Shown: one piece after another, positions 37,777 to 49,792 of the stretch
Numbering within the stretch: position 1 is the stretch's first letter
Layout: every line of letters begins with the position of its first letter
Assembly (NCBI GenBank): GCA_032718475.1
Contig: JAUCBJ010007364.1
Coordinates: forward strand, 1-61,714
Length of the DNA: 61,714 nucleotides
Origin: Nemertoderma westbladi
Taxonomy: Eukaryota; Animalia; Xenacoelomorpha
Direction: 5' to 3'
Made by a program: the position numbers and the translations under genes
The notes under the pieces: generated by a model
Told to the model about the DNA's origin: nothing
Seen by the model: only the letters and a program-made list of their open reading frames with translations
Database searches by the model: none

Positions 37777-38973
37777 TGTTCGCGCTTTCAGACCTTTGGC
37801 AGTTTAACCCGCCAAATTAGGATGTCTTCTAGATAATAAATCACCTTTAGTCTATGACAAGTATTTAATTCACTACACTAGTCGAAACCAATCTGTGCGC
37901 GATCATTCACCCGCTGGATATACCCGGGAGATTGGGTTCGACGGCTTAATTTTATTGCTATGTAAGCCTAATGTATTATTCGACTGACAGTATTATATAA
38001 TCTCTGACAATATTATTCACCTTCGGGAAATATTAACAGTTCCTTTAGGACGTGGCGCTCTATCTATACAAACAGAGTTATGACTTAAACTACTCACAAC
38101 GATATGGCTTAGTTACAATTCACATATATGGCGCATTCTTTAGGAAATGCTTCGTTATCAGTCTCACTCATACACAATGCTGCACAATACTGCACACTGA
38201 TCTGCCGATCTTCACTGATTTTAGTCACATATAAAAGGAACACGGACCGAATCATGTAGGGTCTATCAAATAACATTAGATTCACTTCAAACCACTCAAC
38301 ATAGGTCGCAATCATTTATCTGTAACCTTTCTCTCTTACCTTCGGTATATCAAGAATATTGGGTTTTCGGGGTTATTTGTCGTTATTCCAAATATAATAA
38401 TTCATCAACCATATTATGAAGAACTGACAGTAAATAGCAGTATAACAATATAAAAGTATGCACAGTGTTACACAGTATGCAGTGTATGCAGTACTGCAGT
38501 ATGCAGTGATCAGACATCAGATAACGGATATATGTCCTTATAATTAAGCCTACTAGTGTAAGACTAAAAACTGAAAACACAGAGGTGTCAAAAGCCGGTT
38601 CTTAGGCTCTGGGCAAAACATAACACTGAACTACTGAGTTTCTGCATACACCTCCAACACAGAGACAACAAACGCTCTGATTGGTCAACCTGAACAACGA
38701 GAGAACAAAGAAACAAAGAAACGTCGACGTGGCAATATCAGCTGCTAGCCGTCGTCATGGTAGCGACACTGTTTTCAAGAGTATCGAGCTTTTACGTCAC
38801 GGAATTACGGATTATGTCCTCTAAAGTACAAATACAGAAGAAATAGCTTTTATGTCCGCTAAAACACCAGTACAGCAAGGACACGGCCTTTTTATGCCTG
38901 GTAAACCAACTACAGAGTATTTTACGGGAAAAATAAGGAAAAATAACCGGACAATTCAGCAAAAGCTTTTACA
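37777..38973 (-). repeat. 3' LTR (1197 bp)
   Basis: Direct repeat of 48589-49792; by eye two substitutions and one 7-bp gtatgca indel. Confidence 0.95.
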
Positions 38974-41900
38974 CCGCTCCCAGAAAAAGGAATTTTCAGT
39001 CTATAAAATATAAAAATCACAGTTTCTAAAACATAAAGATACTCTAAACAGTTAGTTTCTTTGCGCGGACGGCGTTTACGCAGTTTCTTGAGGCTAGCAA
39101 GAGTCCTTTTCTCTTTGGGGGGAGCCACTTTACTAGGAGGGCTATAAATCCTGGGTGAAGGGTGCAATATGATTGCATCAGAAGGTGTAGGATTATGGTC
39201 GGTGTCTCGTCCATTTCGATATGCTTCTCCTCGAGCTGATTTTCCTCCGCTTATCATGGGATACGTTCGTCCAAAACTCTCGCAGAGAATAGGGTTTTCT
39301 AAGCTTGATATCTTCTTAGAGATTCGAGATTTCCCAATCGAACTGAGATAAGGCCAATTCGTTTATCGATTGGACTTACTGTTATAACTTACGTTTATCC
39401 GAACAAACGCAGGTGTCTTTTTTGATCTTTATAGAATAGCGTTTAACTCGTTTCGTACAACGCTCTCCTTCACCTTGATGAAGGGTTGTATCGCGTTAAA
39501 CGGGGACGACCATACGGTTGGATAGTGATATTAGGTGTCCGCGTCACAATCCGGCTAGGTAAGATGGGCGGCTAGCTAGAAATCACTGTCGGAGTGTTAC
39601 CGATTAATTGTTAGGGTAGCACTAGATCTTTGAACAGTGAATACAGTCCGCGAGGATCCGCGACACCACCAGGATCGCATGTCTGAGGTCCAACTAAGGA
39701 ATGAGGAGGTTTGACCGAGTATTCCGGGACTCTGATCGTAGGTTTACTCCAGGATCGTTCGAGCCGAGTGAGCATAGGTGATACGTCAACAAGTTTCGGT
39801 TTACGTGGATGTTTATGTCTTTCCGTTTATTAGTTGGGTCTAGGGCATTTATCGTAATAATACCAAAGACGCACGTCTGGTAGGGTAAACGCGGGTGATA
39901 TTTATTTGTTGTTACAATGCTTCTATCAAGAATTCCAAATATACGTTGGAGTTACCGCGTCCATTTGTTTCTTTAGTGTCTTTTCTTTCGAGTCGATTTC
40001 GAATAGAATTTTCGCATTCGAATTTCAGTTTATGGTTCCGACTCCGCTGGGCAGGATATATAGTCGACATAGTCCGTATTGTGTAAATCGATAGGATGAC
40101 CAGTAGTTAAGAAGCCCATATACATACCATTACGCTGCGTATATCGAGCAGCGAATTTTCTATAGTCCAACTCACGCGTGAGCTGCTCTTGGGACATTGG
40201 CGGTTCGATATAACGACCATCGTCCTCCGCAGCAGTTGGACTAACGTCGCCGCGTATTAAGCTATCAACAAACGCTTGTAAAAGTAGAGTATATCGCTCC
40301 CCGATACCAAGACCATCTTCTATCAACTCCGTCATATCTGCTATATATGAGTTTATCCATATTATAATGAGTCCACATTTAGGCGAGCGGGCGTCGCTGC
40401 CTACCCCAATCAACCCCCGGACAGTACGAGATCCTCAGCGCCGATGTGTCGTCGCCGCTGTACTTTCGCCAACGACGTAGCCGCACAACGACAACGACAA
40501 CCGGCACAAGTCACTCAACTGTCCGTCCCAAAGGCTTAGATGTACTTCAGGTTTTCCTTGGAGAGTTAGGTTACTTTACGATTGCGACTAGCTACTGTAA
40601 ACACACCTTAGCAGTAACATTCACCTATAAACTCACAAATACCACACAACTGGTCACAACTACGCACATTCGGGCCATTTGTCCGTTAGTCAATGCCTTC
40701 CAGAATGTCACTGTATTATTATGTATCCTTGGATACTAGTAGTGCGCTATTTATTCCCTATGCTATTCAATGGGACAAGCTTTCTATTGTTCTTTTAACT
40801 CAATTCTAATTCTAGCGTGGTTGTTGCTATGGTGACATTATGTAAAGCTAGCGGTAGAATTAGGGTAGTTCCAATGCATACAGATCTGGGATGTTATTTA
40901 ATAGTAATTCTTTAATAGTCAATGTCCTGTTTTATACATGACTTTATGAATTTTATCGGCTATTGACTATGTTTGGGAGACTTTCGTACACGCATACGCA
41001 TAATAATATAAATCTCCGCTCCCTTGATATATTAATTAATGGAATTTTGGGGAATGTTATAAATTGCTTAAAATGGCAATTTATTAAATTCATTAAAAGA
41101 CATGAATTTAAATTTATTCCCTGAAATTTTATTATTTGATAATTAAATGGGCATATTTTGATTCTAGAACATGTCTAGGGACACAAGATCCTTAATTCTA
41201 AGAAAATTGTCTCTTTAAGAATATCGGTAAATGCTACGATATCTTAATTGACTAGAATTGTTGAAGGATCTGAATTTTACAGATTTTGACTTATTTGATT
41301 TGTAAATATTAACTAATTAATATTTGAGATGGGCACCGATTTATTCCAGAACTTGTCTGGGGACGTTAACCACTGATTCTATAATTTGTCTTTCAAGTAT
41401 ATCGGTGGGTGCCACGATATCTTAATCGACTAGAATTACAGATGGTCAAAGGGTTTAACAGATTTATTTTGCATTATACGCTACTGTTAAAGGGACATCA
41501 CGCTACTATATGTATTATTTAATATACGGTATGAGAGCAATATCGCACGAAGCAATGTCAGTGTGAAGAGGCAAGTCGTTTCCAAGGTCTACCCAGAGCT
41601 TGGTTTAGCCGAGACACGAGGATCTGAACTTTGCATTCCTAATACTCTGCCTACCAATAATACTTGAATATAGTAGTGGCTTTATTGTACTTTAATAAGT
41701 ACGGACATTTCATCTTACTGTAGTTACGTATTTGTAATGTAATACGGACAGTAAGGAAGAAGGAAAAGAATTATTTCTTGCCGTCGCACTAAATATAATA
41801 TATACGTAATTACGTACGCAATAAACACGAATATATTGCACTAATCTACTAAATAATCTCTAAAATAACATTCTACTGAATAAAATTAAAGAAAACGATT

Positions 41901-41989
41901 ATGATAAAATTACATAGTAATACATACGTAAATATAAAAATAATAAAATAATATAAAATAATAGAGTCACACGCCCACTCCATATGTTG

Positions 41990-44900
41990 TTACGTTATGG
42001 AGTCCCTAGATGTTTGAAGGATTAGGGAGGTGGTCGTGGGATGAGAATCTTGCCTTCCACAGTTTCCGGAGAGTCCTCCATTCCCTTCCGGTAAACACAA
42101 ACGACCGACTGGGTGATTGAGTCGCTGCATCCTGAATACAATTACAGGTTTCCTCTTAGTCCTGGAATAGTGACGATAGAAACATCGCTCAAAGTATATG
42201 ACGGCGTCACAAAGCCGATTCCAGGAGCTATAGTGGTCCGTCGCTCTCTGCAGGAGAGGTGAGAGTCCCTGCGAGACGTCTGATGTTCCAGAGCTCCAAT
42301 CGCTCTCTCTGATCTTCATGAAGGATCCACTCGCGGTGGGGAGGTTCAGATCCATGGCGTCGTCCCTGGCAATATGTAATACCGACAGATCTATCCCGGG
42401 TTCAAATAACTCCGATCCACCCGTCCGGGTTTCAGGTTCGACTTTCTCCGCTCCCTTGGCTGGTCTAATCTCAGTCGGAGTAAGATGGGGAGGCCATTCA
42501 TTCTCCTTACTCAGGAAGTCGGGTTCACCTAACCGGTCTATAGTATCTGTCAGTTCTTGAGGAGTTGCTCCTCTGGAAGCGATGTCCGTTGGATTAAACT
42601 TCTTGGGGCAATATCTCCATTGATCTACATTGGAGCTAAGATTGTCATTATCTGAGGAGTGTGGTGTTCCCTCAGTTGGGTCGTCTCCCTCACTAGTATC
42701 ATCTTCCCATTCACTCACCTGGCAGACGCGATCTTGAAGCAGTCTTTCCCTGAGCGTTCTACGGGAAGGTCCAGTAAGGTACCAACCTACTCTAGTTCTT
42801 ACCGCATAGGTCTGTAGTGGCTGCGGTTGAGCAGGCCGTTTCTCTAATGTCTCCAGCGCCTCATGCGCGTTTTGGCCGATGAGTATTTGCACTCCAGGAT
42901 AATCAGTCTGGAATCGAGGTATGTTAAGATGTTGGATGCTCTCATCCTCATCCCAATTATAAAGGTCTGCTTGAGTAGTAGCGAAGTTCTTTATAGCCAC
43001 CATTTTCACTGACCTGATGCTATGTTCTCCTAGTTCGTCCTGGGGGGTGGACAACTCACCTATATAATAGTCGGCAGCCACAGTAGAATTCCAAACCTGC
43101 ATGATCCCTGACATGTTTAGCTTGGTTCGGAACTTGGGTTGTCCAGCAAAGATGACTTCGGCTAGTTCTTTATCGATGAATGTTCCTGTGCTGCCGGAGT
43201 CCAAGAGGGCGTTCACTATATAGCTCTTCTGAGGTCCGTGGACCCGTAACTGGACTACAGGAAATTCTCGGATTCCTATATTGGAAGTTGGCGCTTTCCA
43301 AGATGGTTGTTGATCTGAAGTAGTTAGGGTGAGGTCGCTGTTTGTGTCTTTCTCATACATGAGTGCTCGATACACTGCGGTGGTGTTTATTAGGTAACAG
43401 GATTCGTTTTGGTCGGAGAACTCGTCCGTATAGAATCCTTCCATCTCAGATTGATCAGTGTCGTTCACATCACTGAATTGGACATGTAGTTCGGACTCAC
43501 TTACCTGACTCGGGCTGTTTCGTTCGAATTCCGTGTGCAACAAGATATGATGTTTTGCGCCACACTTTGCACACCTTGCGTCGGAGTTACAGGTTCGCCG
43601 TTGGTGTCCTCGTCTGAGGCAATTATAACACAACCGCTTATCCCACATGACTTCACGTCTATCCTTTAGTGATTTCCTCAGGAATTTATCACACGCATTT
43701 AAACGGTGGGGCCCGTCGCACAGCACACATTTCGGCTTGATGTTACTTACTTTAACCTGTGCTATGTGGTGCACACTTGTTCTTTCCTCGGGCTTTCTCA
43801 CCTGAATTCTTTTAGGAGACGTAGGAAGGGTTTTTTGTACCGGTTCCCTTCTGTCATTGGGTCGAGACTCGGATTTACTTACCTGATCTTTAGGCATTTT
43901 ATTGACATAATAAGATCTGTCAGTGTCTTTCCCGCTGTCCTCTCCTTGAGAAGTTTGGCTTTCACCGTCGTCTGTATAACATACTGGTGTTACCCTTCTC
44001 CTAGAAACGGGTTTTTCACTTACCTTGTTTTCCGGTGTCTTCTCTCTGGACTGCCTTAGGAGCTGTAATTTCACTTCTCTATCTAAGAATGACATGAGAT
44101 CAGTCATGGTAGGGTCTCGTTGTTGTTGTTCCATCATATATAACACCTTCTTGTCCCAGCGTGTACCTACTCCACCCTTGGGCAAAGTAGATGCTAAGGC
44201 TCCTACAACCATAGAATTCTGGTATTCATGAGACTTACCTAACCAATCTAGTTGTCTACAGATCTCCTGAATCTCATCGGAAAACTCTATAATCCCGCTG
44301 CTAAGAAACTTTCGGGGCGCCATTAATTTCGCATATAAATACTTAGCGATATTATTCCTATTACCATACCTGATGTTTAGTGTATCCCAAACTTGTCTTA
44401 ATCCGTCTGGATGTCCAATAAACTTTAACGCCATTAACTTGGGAGATCCTTCCAAGCACTCGATGAGGTATCTCAGTTTTTCTCCATTAGATAGTACAGA
44501 GTTCTGTATGTTATCTTTGTAATATTCATTAAAAGGTAACCATTTCATCTCATCTCCATTGAACTTGACGATCTCTCCCACCTTTACCGCTTGCCAGGCT
44601 TCGGTTCTAGCCATTTGACGCGTAAAACTTTCTTGGGCCATCGTGTTATTTAATATAGAATTATCGATATATAAATTTCTCGGATTATGATCAGTTCTAT
44701 AGGGAATATCATTATCAACAGGTCTATAATTACCCTTAATAGGGTTCACTATAGGAGTTTCTACTTCGCTAGCAGTATATATGCGTGTAGGCTCCACACC
44801 TTGCGCATGAGATACTTCAGACCTAACAGGTTGACACATTGTTACAGAGGGTGGTGGTATACCTCTTTGAGTATTTACTAATTTATCGCGTTCTAGCGCG

Positions 44901-46201
44901 ATACTTTGCTGCACTTCTTGCAACTCTAGCCTACTTTCCCTCACTGTTCCCTTTAAATGTTGGACAGTCCCTTCCAACTCTCGGACCTGTTGGGAGGAGC
45001 GTATCCGATTCTCCTTCATCTCTCCGAGGAGAATATCCATCCCCCGCCGTCTCTCGTCTACCCAATCAACCGCCGAAACGGGATCCGCCAACGTCGTAGC
45101 GGGCAGACGAGGGACAACGGGCGACAAATTTGGAATATTTCGCTCGGGGTCCAGGACCTGAACTGTCTCCTGGGCAGTTCTACGGGGCACAGGTAGCTTA
45201 GTGCTATGCAGAGGGAATTTATAGGTAGCTTCAGGGAGCACAGGTGTATCTATTATCGAAGGGGTGATTTCAAGAACAGGCCTACTTATTTCAGGCTCAT
45301 CTACTATAGTAGGGAGTCTTTCTATTGTAATTATTTGGTCTGTGGGTTCTGTACTCTCTAAGTTGGTGTTATTTAGTTGCCTTCTAACAGCTGGAGGCAA
45401 ATCAGGCAATTTCTGACGGTGGAATGTTCTTTTACGTCTGCTTAGGCGGGATCGATTTCCTCCGCCTTCAGTGTCGGTGGTATCGCCTTCCTCAGATGAT
45501 GTATAACCTTGTCGTTTGGGAGTAGATCGATTCATCATCTGCATATTACTAGCTGTTAACTGTTTATTAAAGCTATCTTGCCTCTCTTGAAGATTTTCCA
45601 ACTCTAGTTGGGTTGTCTCTTCAGATGCCCTCCGTTCTGCTTCTGCCACTGCTATCTTTCTTTCCGCTTCTGCCGCTGCCGCTTTCCTTTCCGCTTCTAC
45701 GGCTGCAGCTGCCGCTTTTGCCTCTGCCGCTGCCGCTTTCCTTTCCGCTTCTACGGCTGCAGCTGCCGCTTTTGCCTCTGCCGCTGCCGCTTTCCTTTCC
45801 GCTTCTACGGCTGCAGCTGCCGCTTTTGCCTCTGCCGCTGCCTCTGCTGCCTTTCTTTCCGCTTCTGCCGCTGCCACTGCCGCTGCTGCTGTCTTTCTAT
45901 CTTCTATACGTTTTTTCCTTACTTGTTCTTCCTTTTCTCTAGCGATGCGGAGTTGTTCATCGAATTTAGCTTGGTTCGCCGCTAACCTATCCACATCAAT
46001 CGCATCTAACACAAGTTTGGCTCCTTCGCTATTAGGGCTAAGTCCCTCCAGCCTTCTCCTCAACTCGTCATCTCCTAAAAAACGCTGATAGTCTGACAGA
46101 TAGATGTCAATGGCATCCCTCTTATGCGGTTTCTCTGCTGTCACTTCGCTCTCGGTTGTATCTAGTAGACTGTCTGACAGGTTCTGCTTTGCGTCAGACA
46201 T
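41990..46201 (-). CDS. BEL/Pao Gag-protease polyprotein (1403 aa) with only a vestige of Pol
   Basis: DUF1759-like FNGDEMKWLPF..EKLRYL; three Cys/His knuckles (CVLCDGPH..C, CYNCLRRGH..C, CAKCGAKHHILLH); ALLDSGS protease; then QWRYCPKKFNPTDIASRG and YSSWNRL. No RT or integrase motifs seen. Confidence 0.9.
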   Translation of the reverse strand: MSDAKQNLSDSLLDTTESEVTAEKPHKRDAIDIYLSDYQRFLGDDELRRRLEGLSPNSEGAKLVLDAIDVDRLAANQAKFDEQLRIAREKEEQVRKKRIEDRKTAAAAVAAAEAERKAAEAAAEAKAAAAAVEAERKAAAAEAKAAAAAVEAERKAAAAEAKAAAAAVEAERKAAAAEAERKIAVAEAERRASEETTQLELENLQERQDSFNKQLTASNMQMMNRSTPKRQGYTSSEEGDTTDTEGGGNRSRLSRRKRTFHRQKLPDLPPAVRRQLNNTNLESTEPTDQIITIERLPTIVDEPEISRPVLEITPSIIDTPVLPEATYKFPLHSTKLPVPRRTAQETVQVLDPERNIPNLSPVVPRLPATTLADPVSAVDWVDERRRGMDILLGEMKENRIRSSQQVRELEGTVQHLKGTVRESRLELQEVQQSIALERDKLVNTQRGIPPPSVTMCQPVRSEVSHAQGVEPTRIYTASEVETPIVNPIKGNYRPVDNDIPYRTDHNPRNLYIDNSILNNTMAQESFTRQMARTEAWQAVKVGEIVKFNGDEMKWLPFNEYYKDNIQNSVLSNGEKLRYLIECLEGSPKLMALKFIGHPDGLRQVWDTLNIRYGNRNNIAKYLYAKLMAPRKFLSSGIIEFSDEIQEICRQLDWLGKSHEYQNSMVVGALASTLPKGGVGTRWDKKVLYMMEQQQRDPTMTDLMSFLDREVKLQLLRQSREKTPENKVSEKPVSRRRVTPVCYTDDGESQTSQGEDSGKDTDRSYYVNKMPKDQVSKSESRPNDRREPVQKTLPTSPKRIQVRKPEERTSVHHIAQVKVSNIKPKCVLCDGPHRLNACDKFLRKSLKDRREVMWDKRLCYNCLRRGHQRRTCNSDARCAKCGAKHHILLHTEFERNSPSQVSESELHVQFSDVNDTDQSEMEGFYTDEFSDQNESCYLINTTAVYRALMYEKDTNSDLTLTTSDQQPSWKAPTSNIGIREFPVVQLRVHGPQKSYIVNALLDSGSTGTFIDKELAEVIFAGQPKFRTKLNMSGIMQVWNSTVAADYYIGELSTPQDELGEHSIRSVKMVAIKNFATTQADLYNWDEDESIQHLNIPRFQTDYPGVQILIGQNAHEALETLEKRPAQPQPLQTYAVRTRVGWYLTGPSRRTLRERLLQDRVCQVSEWEDDTSEGDDPTEGTPHSSDNDNLSSNVDQWRYCPKKFNPTDIASRGATPQELTDTIDRLGEPDFLSKENEWPPHLTPTEIRPAKGAEKVEPETRTGGSELFEPGIDLSVLHIARDDAMDLNLPTASGSFMKIRESDWSSGTSDVSQGLSPLLQRATDHYSSWNRLCDAVIYFERCFYRHYSRTKRKPVIVFRMQRLNHPVGRLCLPEGNGGLSGNCGRQDSHPTTTSLILQTSRDSIT

Positions 46202-48588
46202 GCTTATGTGTACAGTTGAATGTCTACTGCTGTATTACAGTCTGAGCAAGTCTAGTAACTCAGTATTAACTGCTAGCCTAGTAATTAATTACCGGTACTG
46301 CTACTCAGTGTAGCGTGATATATATAATATATTAGAATACCGGTATGCTTATAGTATATATAACTATTATTACAGACTAGGTTTATCACAGAATACCGGT
46401 ATAATTTTAGCACAAATATATATAAATATATAATAGGCCTATCGGAATACCGGTATACAGCTTACAGTTTGTAGTATATATAATTCTGGACTAGAATTAA
46501 TTACAAGTACCAGTATAATTTCAGCCTAAATTTATAGAAATAAAGATAATAGGCCTATCGTAAATACCGGTATGCAGTTTACACTTACAGTGTATATATA
46601 TAAGTATAATTACAAACTAGAATTAATTACAGAATACCGGTATGATTTCAACCTAAAATTTATAGAAATAAATATAATAAGCCTATTGTAAATACCGGTA
46701 TATCAATTATTTTAAATAACTGAATTTCTGAATTTCAAGGGTTACTTGGTTACCTTACTTACTTTATTACCGTTATTTGAGCAGTAATCCAACTGATATT
46801 GAGACCTAATGGTTGTATGGCAGGCCTACTATTTATAAATCGTTTGAGTTGATTTATAATATATATATACCCGTTTTAATGGGTTTTGTCAATGTTTGAA
46901 ATAAATGTTATTATTTCTGGGGAGTAATCACTACACAAAGCGGTGCGCTTTCAGTGAAGTGTTACTTATAGGACACTAAAACAAATAATTCTAATTTACC
47001 TAAGTTACTTAATACTACAAATTACGTACAATTCGGGTGAGATTACAATCTCTAAATAAACACAAAAATTTACAAAAAACACAAAATACGAATTTTTAGG
47101 GTAATTTTACAAGAAGTCTACAAACCAGCCTAACAAAGGGTTAGAAACTGGTTATTACAACGGACAGGGTACTACGGTATTTGAAATAATAAGTAGTAGT
47201 AAATACACTGCGTTGTCCAGATAGGAAAATACCACCGCCTGACGACCTATAGCCGTATCGCTATAGGTTCTACGTTATGTATCACGGAGTGTTCCTACCT
47301 AGAAGTTAATAGAGCTAATCGAACGTGCCTATCAACCACTTTACAACACAAATATAATGCCTACACTAATTACTTCGGAAAGTACTGTACACTAAACCCT
47401 AAATTAGGTACGAGTACTTGTACAACAGATAATCAGTAGTTAAATATACTTGAACAGCTAAAAGAACCACGGCATCTGCTGGAGTGACCGATGCACAAAA
47501 TCACCAGTCTTTACCTACGCCAAGCAGCCCGTGTAGTACCGGGGTTAATTTAACTATAGCGGTATGTATAACAAACACAATTACTGTAGGAACAAACTTG
47601 GGGAATGAATGTTGCGGATAATCGCATAAACTCTGAATAATAAATATTACGCTACGCGTACAAACTACTCAAACAAAATGCAGACCAAATACCGACAGAC
47701 TACCATCAAGCCTAAACAAACTAAGGTATATGCAGACTCCGAAATGATTAGGCAGTATGCGTTCTAACCCAGTAGTACGACTTATTCTTTAATTGGGGGT
47801 TTACCTTACAGCATTGGCTGCCCCTACTTCCTAACCGTACTTAATCGGACAGAGGCTCTACACACACTACAATCCGTTCAGACCTAATAACAGCCAGACA
47901 ACTATCCAGTCTACAAATTATCTAAATAAATATTATACGCTACCTGTACGGACTTACACAAACAAAGTACAGACTAAACGATGGCAGACTACTCTCAAGC
48001 CTAAATAAACTACAGGACATGCAGACTCCGAAATGATTAGGCAGTATGCGTTCTAACCCAGTAGTACGACTTATTCTTTAATTGGGGGTTTACCTTACAG
48101 CGTTCGCTGCCCCTACTTCCTAACCGTACTCAATCGGACAGGTGATCTACACACACTGCAATCCGTTCAGACTTAACAGCAATCAGACAACAGCTCAGCC
48201 TACAAATTGTCTGTACAATCTGATCAGGCTTACACGCCTTCTGTTCAATACTGGCCTACAAACAAATAAAACTTGCTGACTTGACAGAAATAAGTAAAAA
48301 TCTCAATAAAAAACCAGGGCTGCAGTCCCTGATTAATTATTAAGACCTACCGGTATACAACTATCAAAATCGAATAATACTAATGTACTTATACGGAAGT
48401 ACCGGTTAGGACAGTTAGGCCTACGGACCTACAGAAGTACCGGTTCTGGCAGTTGGACCTATGGGCCTACGGCAGTACCGGTTCTGGCAGTTGGGCCTAC
48501 TGACCTACAGATGGACCGTTCAGGTTTACCGGTTGACCGGTACTTTCAACTTTATTGCTTACTGCAATAAAGAAGCTATATCCGTTAT

Positions 48589-49792
48589 TGTTCGCGCTTT
48601 CAGACCTTTGGCAGTTTAACCCGCCAAATTAGGATGTCTTCTAGATAATAAATCACCTTTAGTCTATGACAAGTATTTAATTCACTACACTAGTCGAAAC
48701 CAATCTGTGCGCGATCATTCACCCGCTGGATATACCCGGGAGATTGGGTTCGACGGCTTAATTTTATTGCTATGTAAGCCTAATGTATTATTCGACTGAC
48801 AGTATTATATAATCTCTGACAATATTATTCACCTTCGGGAAATATTAACAGTTCCTTTAGGACGTGGCGCTCTATCTATACAAACAGAGTTATGACTTAA
48901 ACTACTCACAACGATATGGCTTAGTTACAATTCACATATATGGCGCATTCTTTAGGAAATGCTTCATTATCAGTCTCACTCATACACAATGCTGCACAAT
49001 ACTGCACACTGATCTGCCGATCTTCACTGATTTTAGTCACATATAAAAGGAACACGGACCGAATCATGTAGGGTCTATCAAATAACATTAGATTCACTTC
49101 AAACCACTCAACATAGGTCGCAATCATTTATCTGTAACCTTTCTCTCTTACCTTCGGTATATCAAGAATATTGGGTTTTCGGGGTTATTTGTCGTTATTC
49201 CAAATATAATAATTCATCAACCATATTATGAAGAACTGACAGTAAATAGCAGTATAACAATATAAAAGTATGCACAGTGTTACACAGTATGCAGTGTATG
49301 CAGTACTGCAGTATGCAGTATGCAGTGATCAGACATCAGATAACGGATATATGTCCTTATAATTAAGCCTACTAGTGTAAGACTAAAAACTGAAAACACA
49401 GAGGTGCCAAAAGCCGGTTCTTAGGCTCTGGGCAAAACATAACACTGAACTACTGAGTTTCTGCATACACCTCCAACACAGAGACAACAAACGCTCTGAT
49501 TGGTCAACCTGAACAACGAGAGAACAAAGAAACAAAGAAACGTCGACGTGGCAATATCAGCTGCTAGCCGTCGTCATGGTAGCGACACTGTTTTCAAGAG
49601 TATCGAGCTTTTACGTCACGGAATTACGGATTATGTCCTCTAAAGTACAAATACAGAAGAAATAGCTTTTATGTCCGCTAAAACACCAGTACAGCAAGGA
49701 CACGGCCTTTTTATGCCTGGTAAACCAACTACAGAGTATTTTACGGGAAAAATAAGGAAAAATAACCGGACAATTCAGCAAAAGCTTTTACA
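48589..49792 (-). repeat. 5' LTR (1204 bp)
   Basis: Direct repeat of 37777-38973; lies upstream of the Gag ORF. Confidence 0.95.

Larger units (their letters stand above)
37777..49792 (-). mobile_element. BEL/Pao LTR retrotransposon, non-autonomous, recent insertion, 5-bp TSD GGTAG
   Basis: TG..CA LTRs of about 1.2 kb; GGTAG at 37772-37776 and 49793-49797; short purine tract GGGAGCGG before the 3' LTR; BEL-type Gag and protease. Confidence 0.95.
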
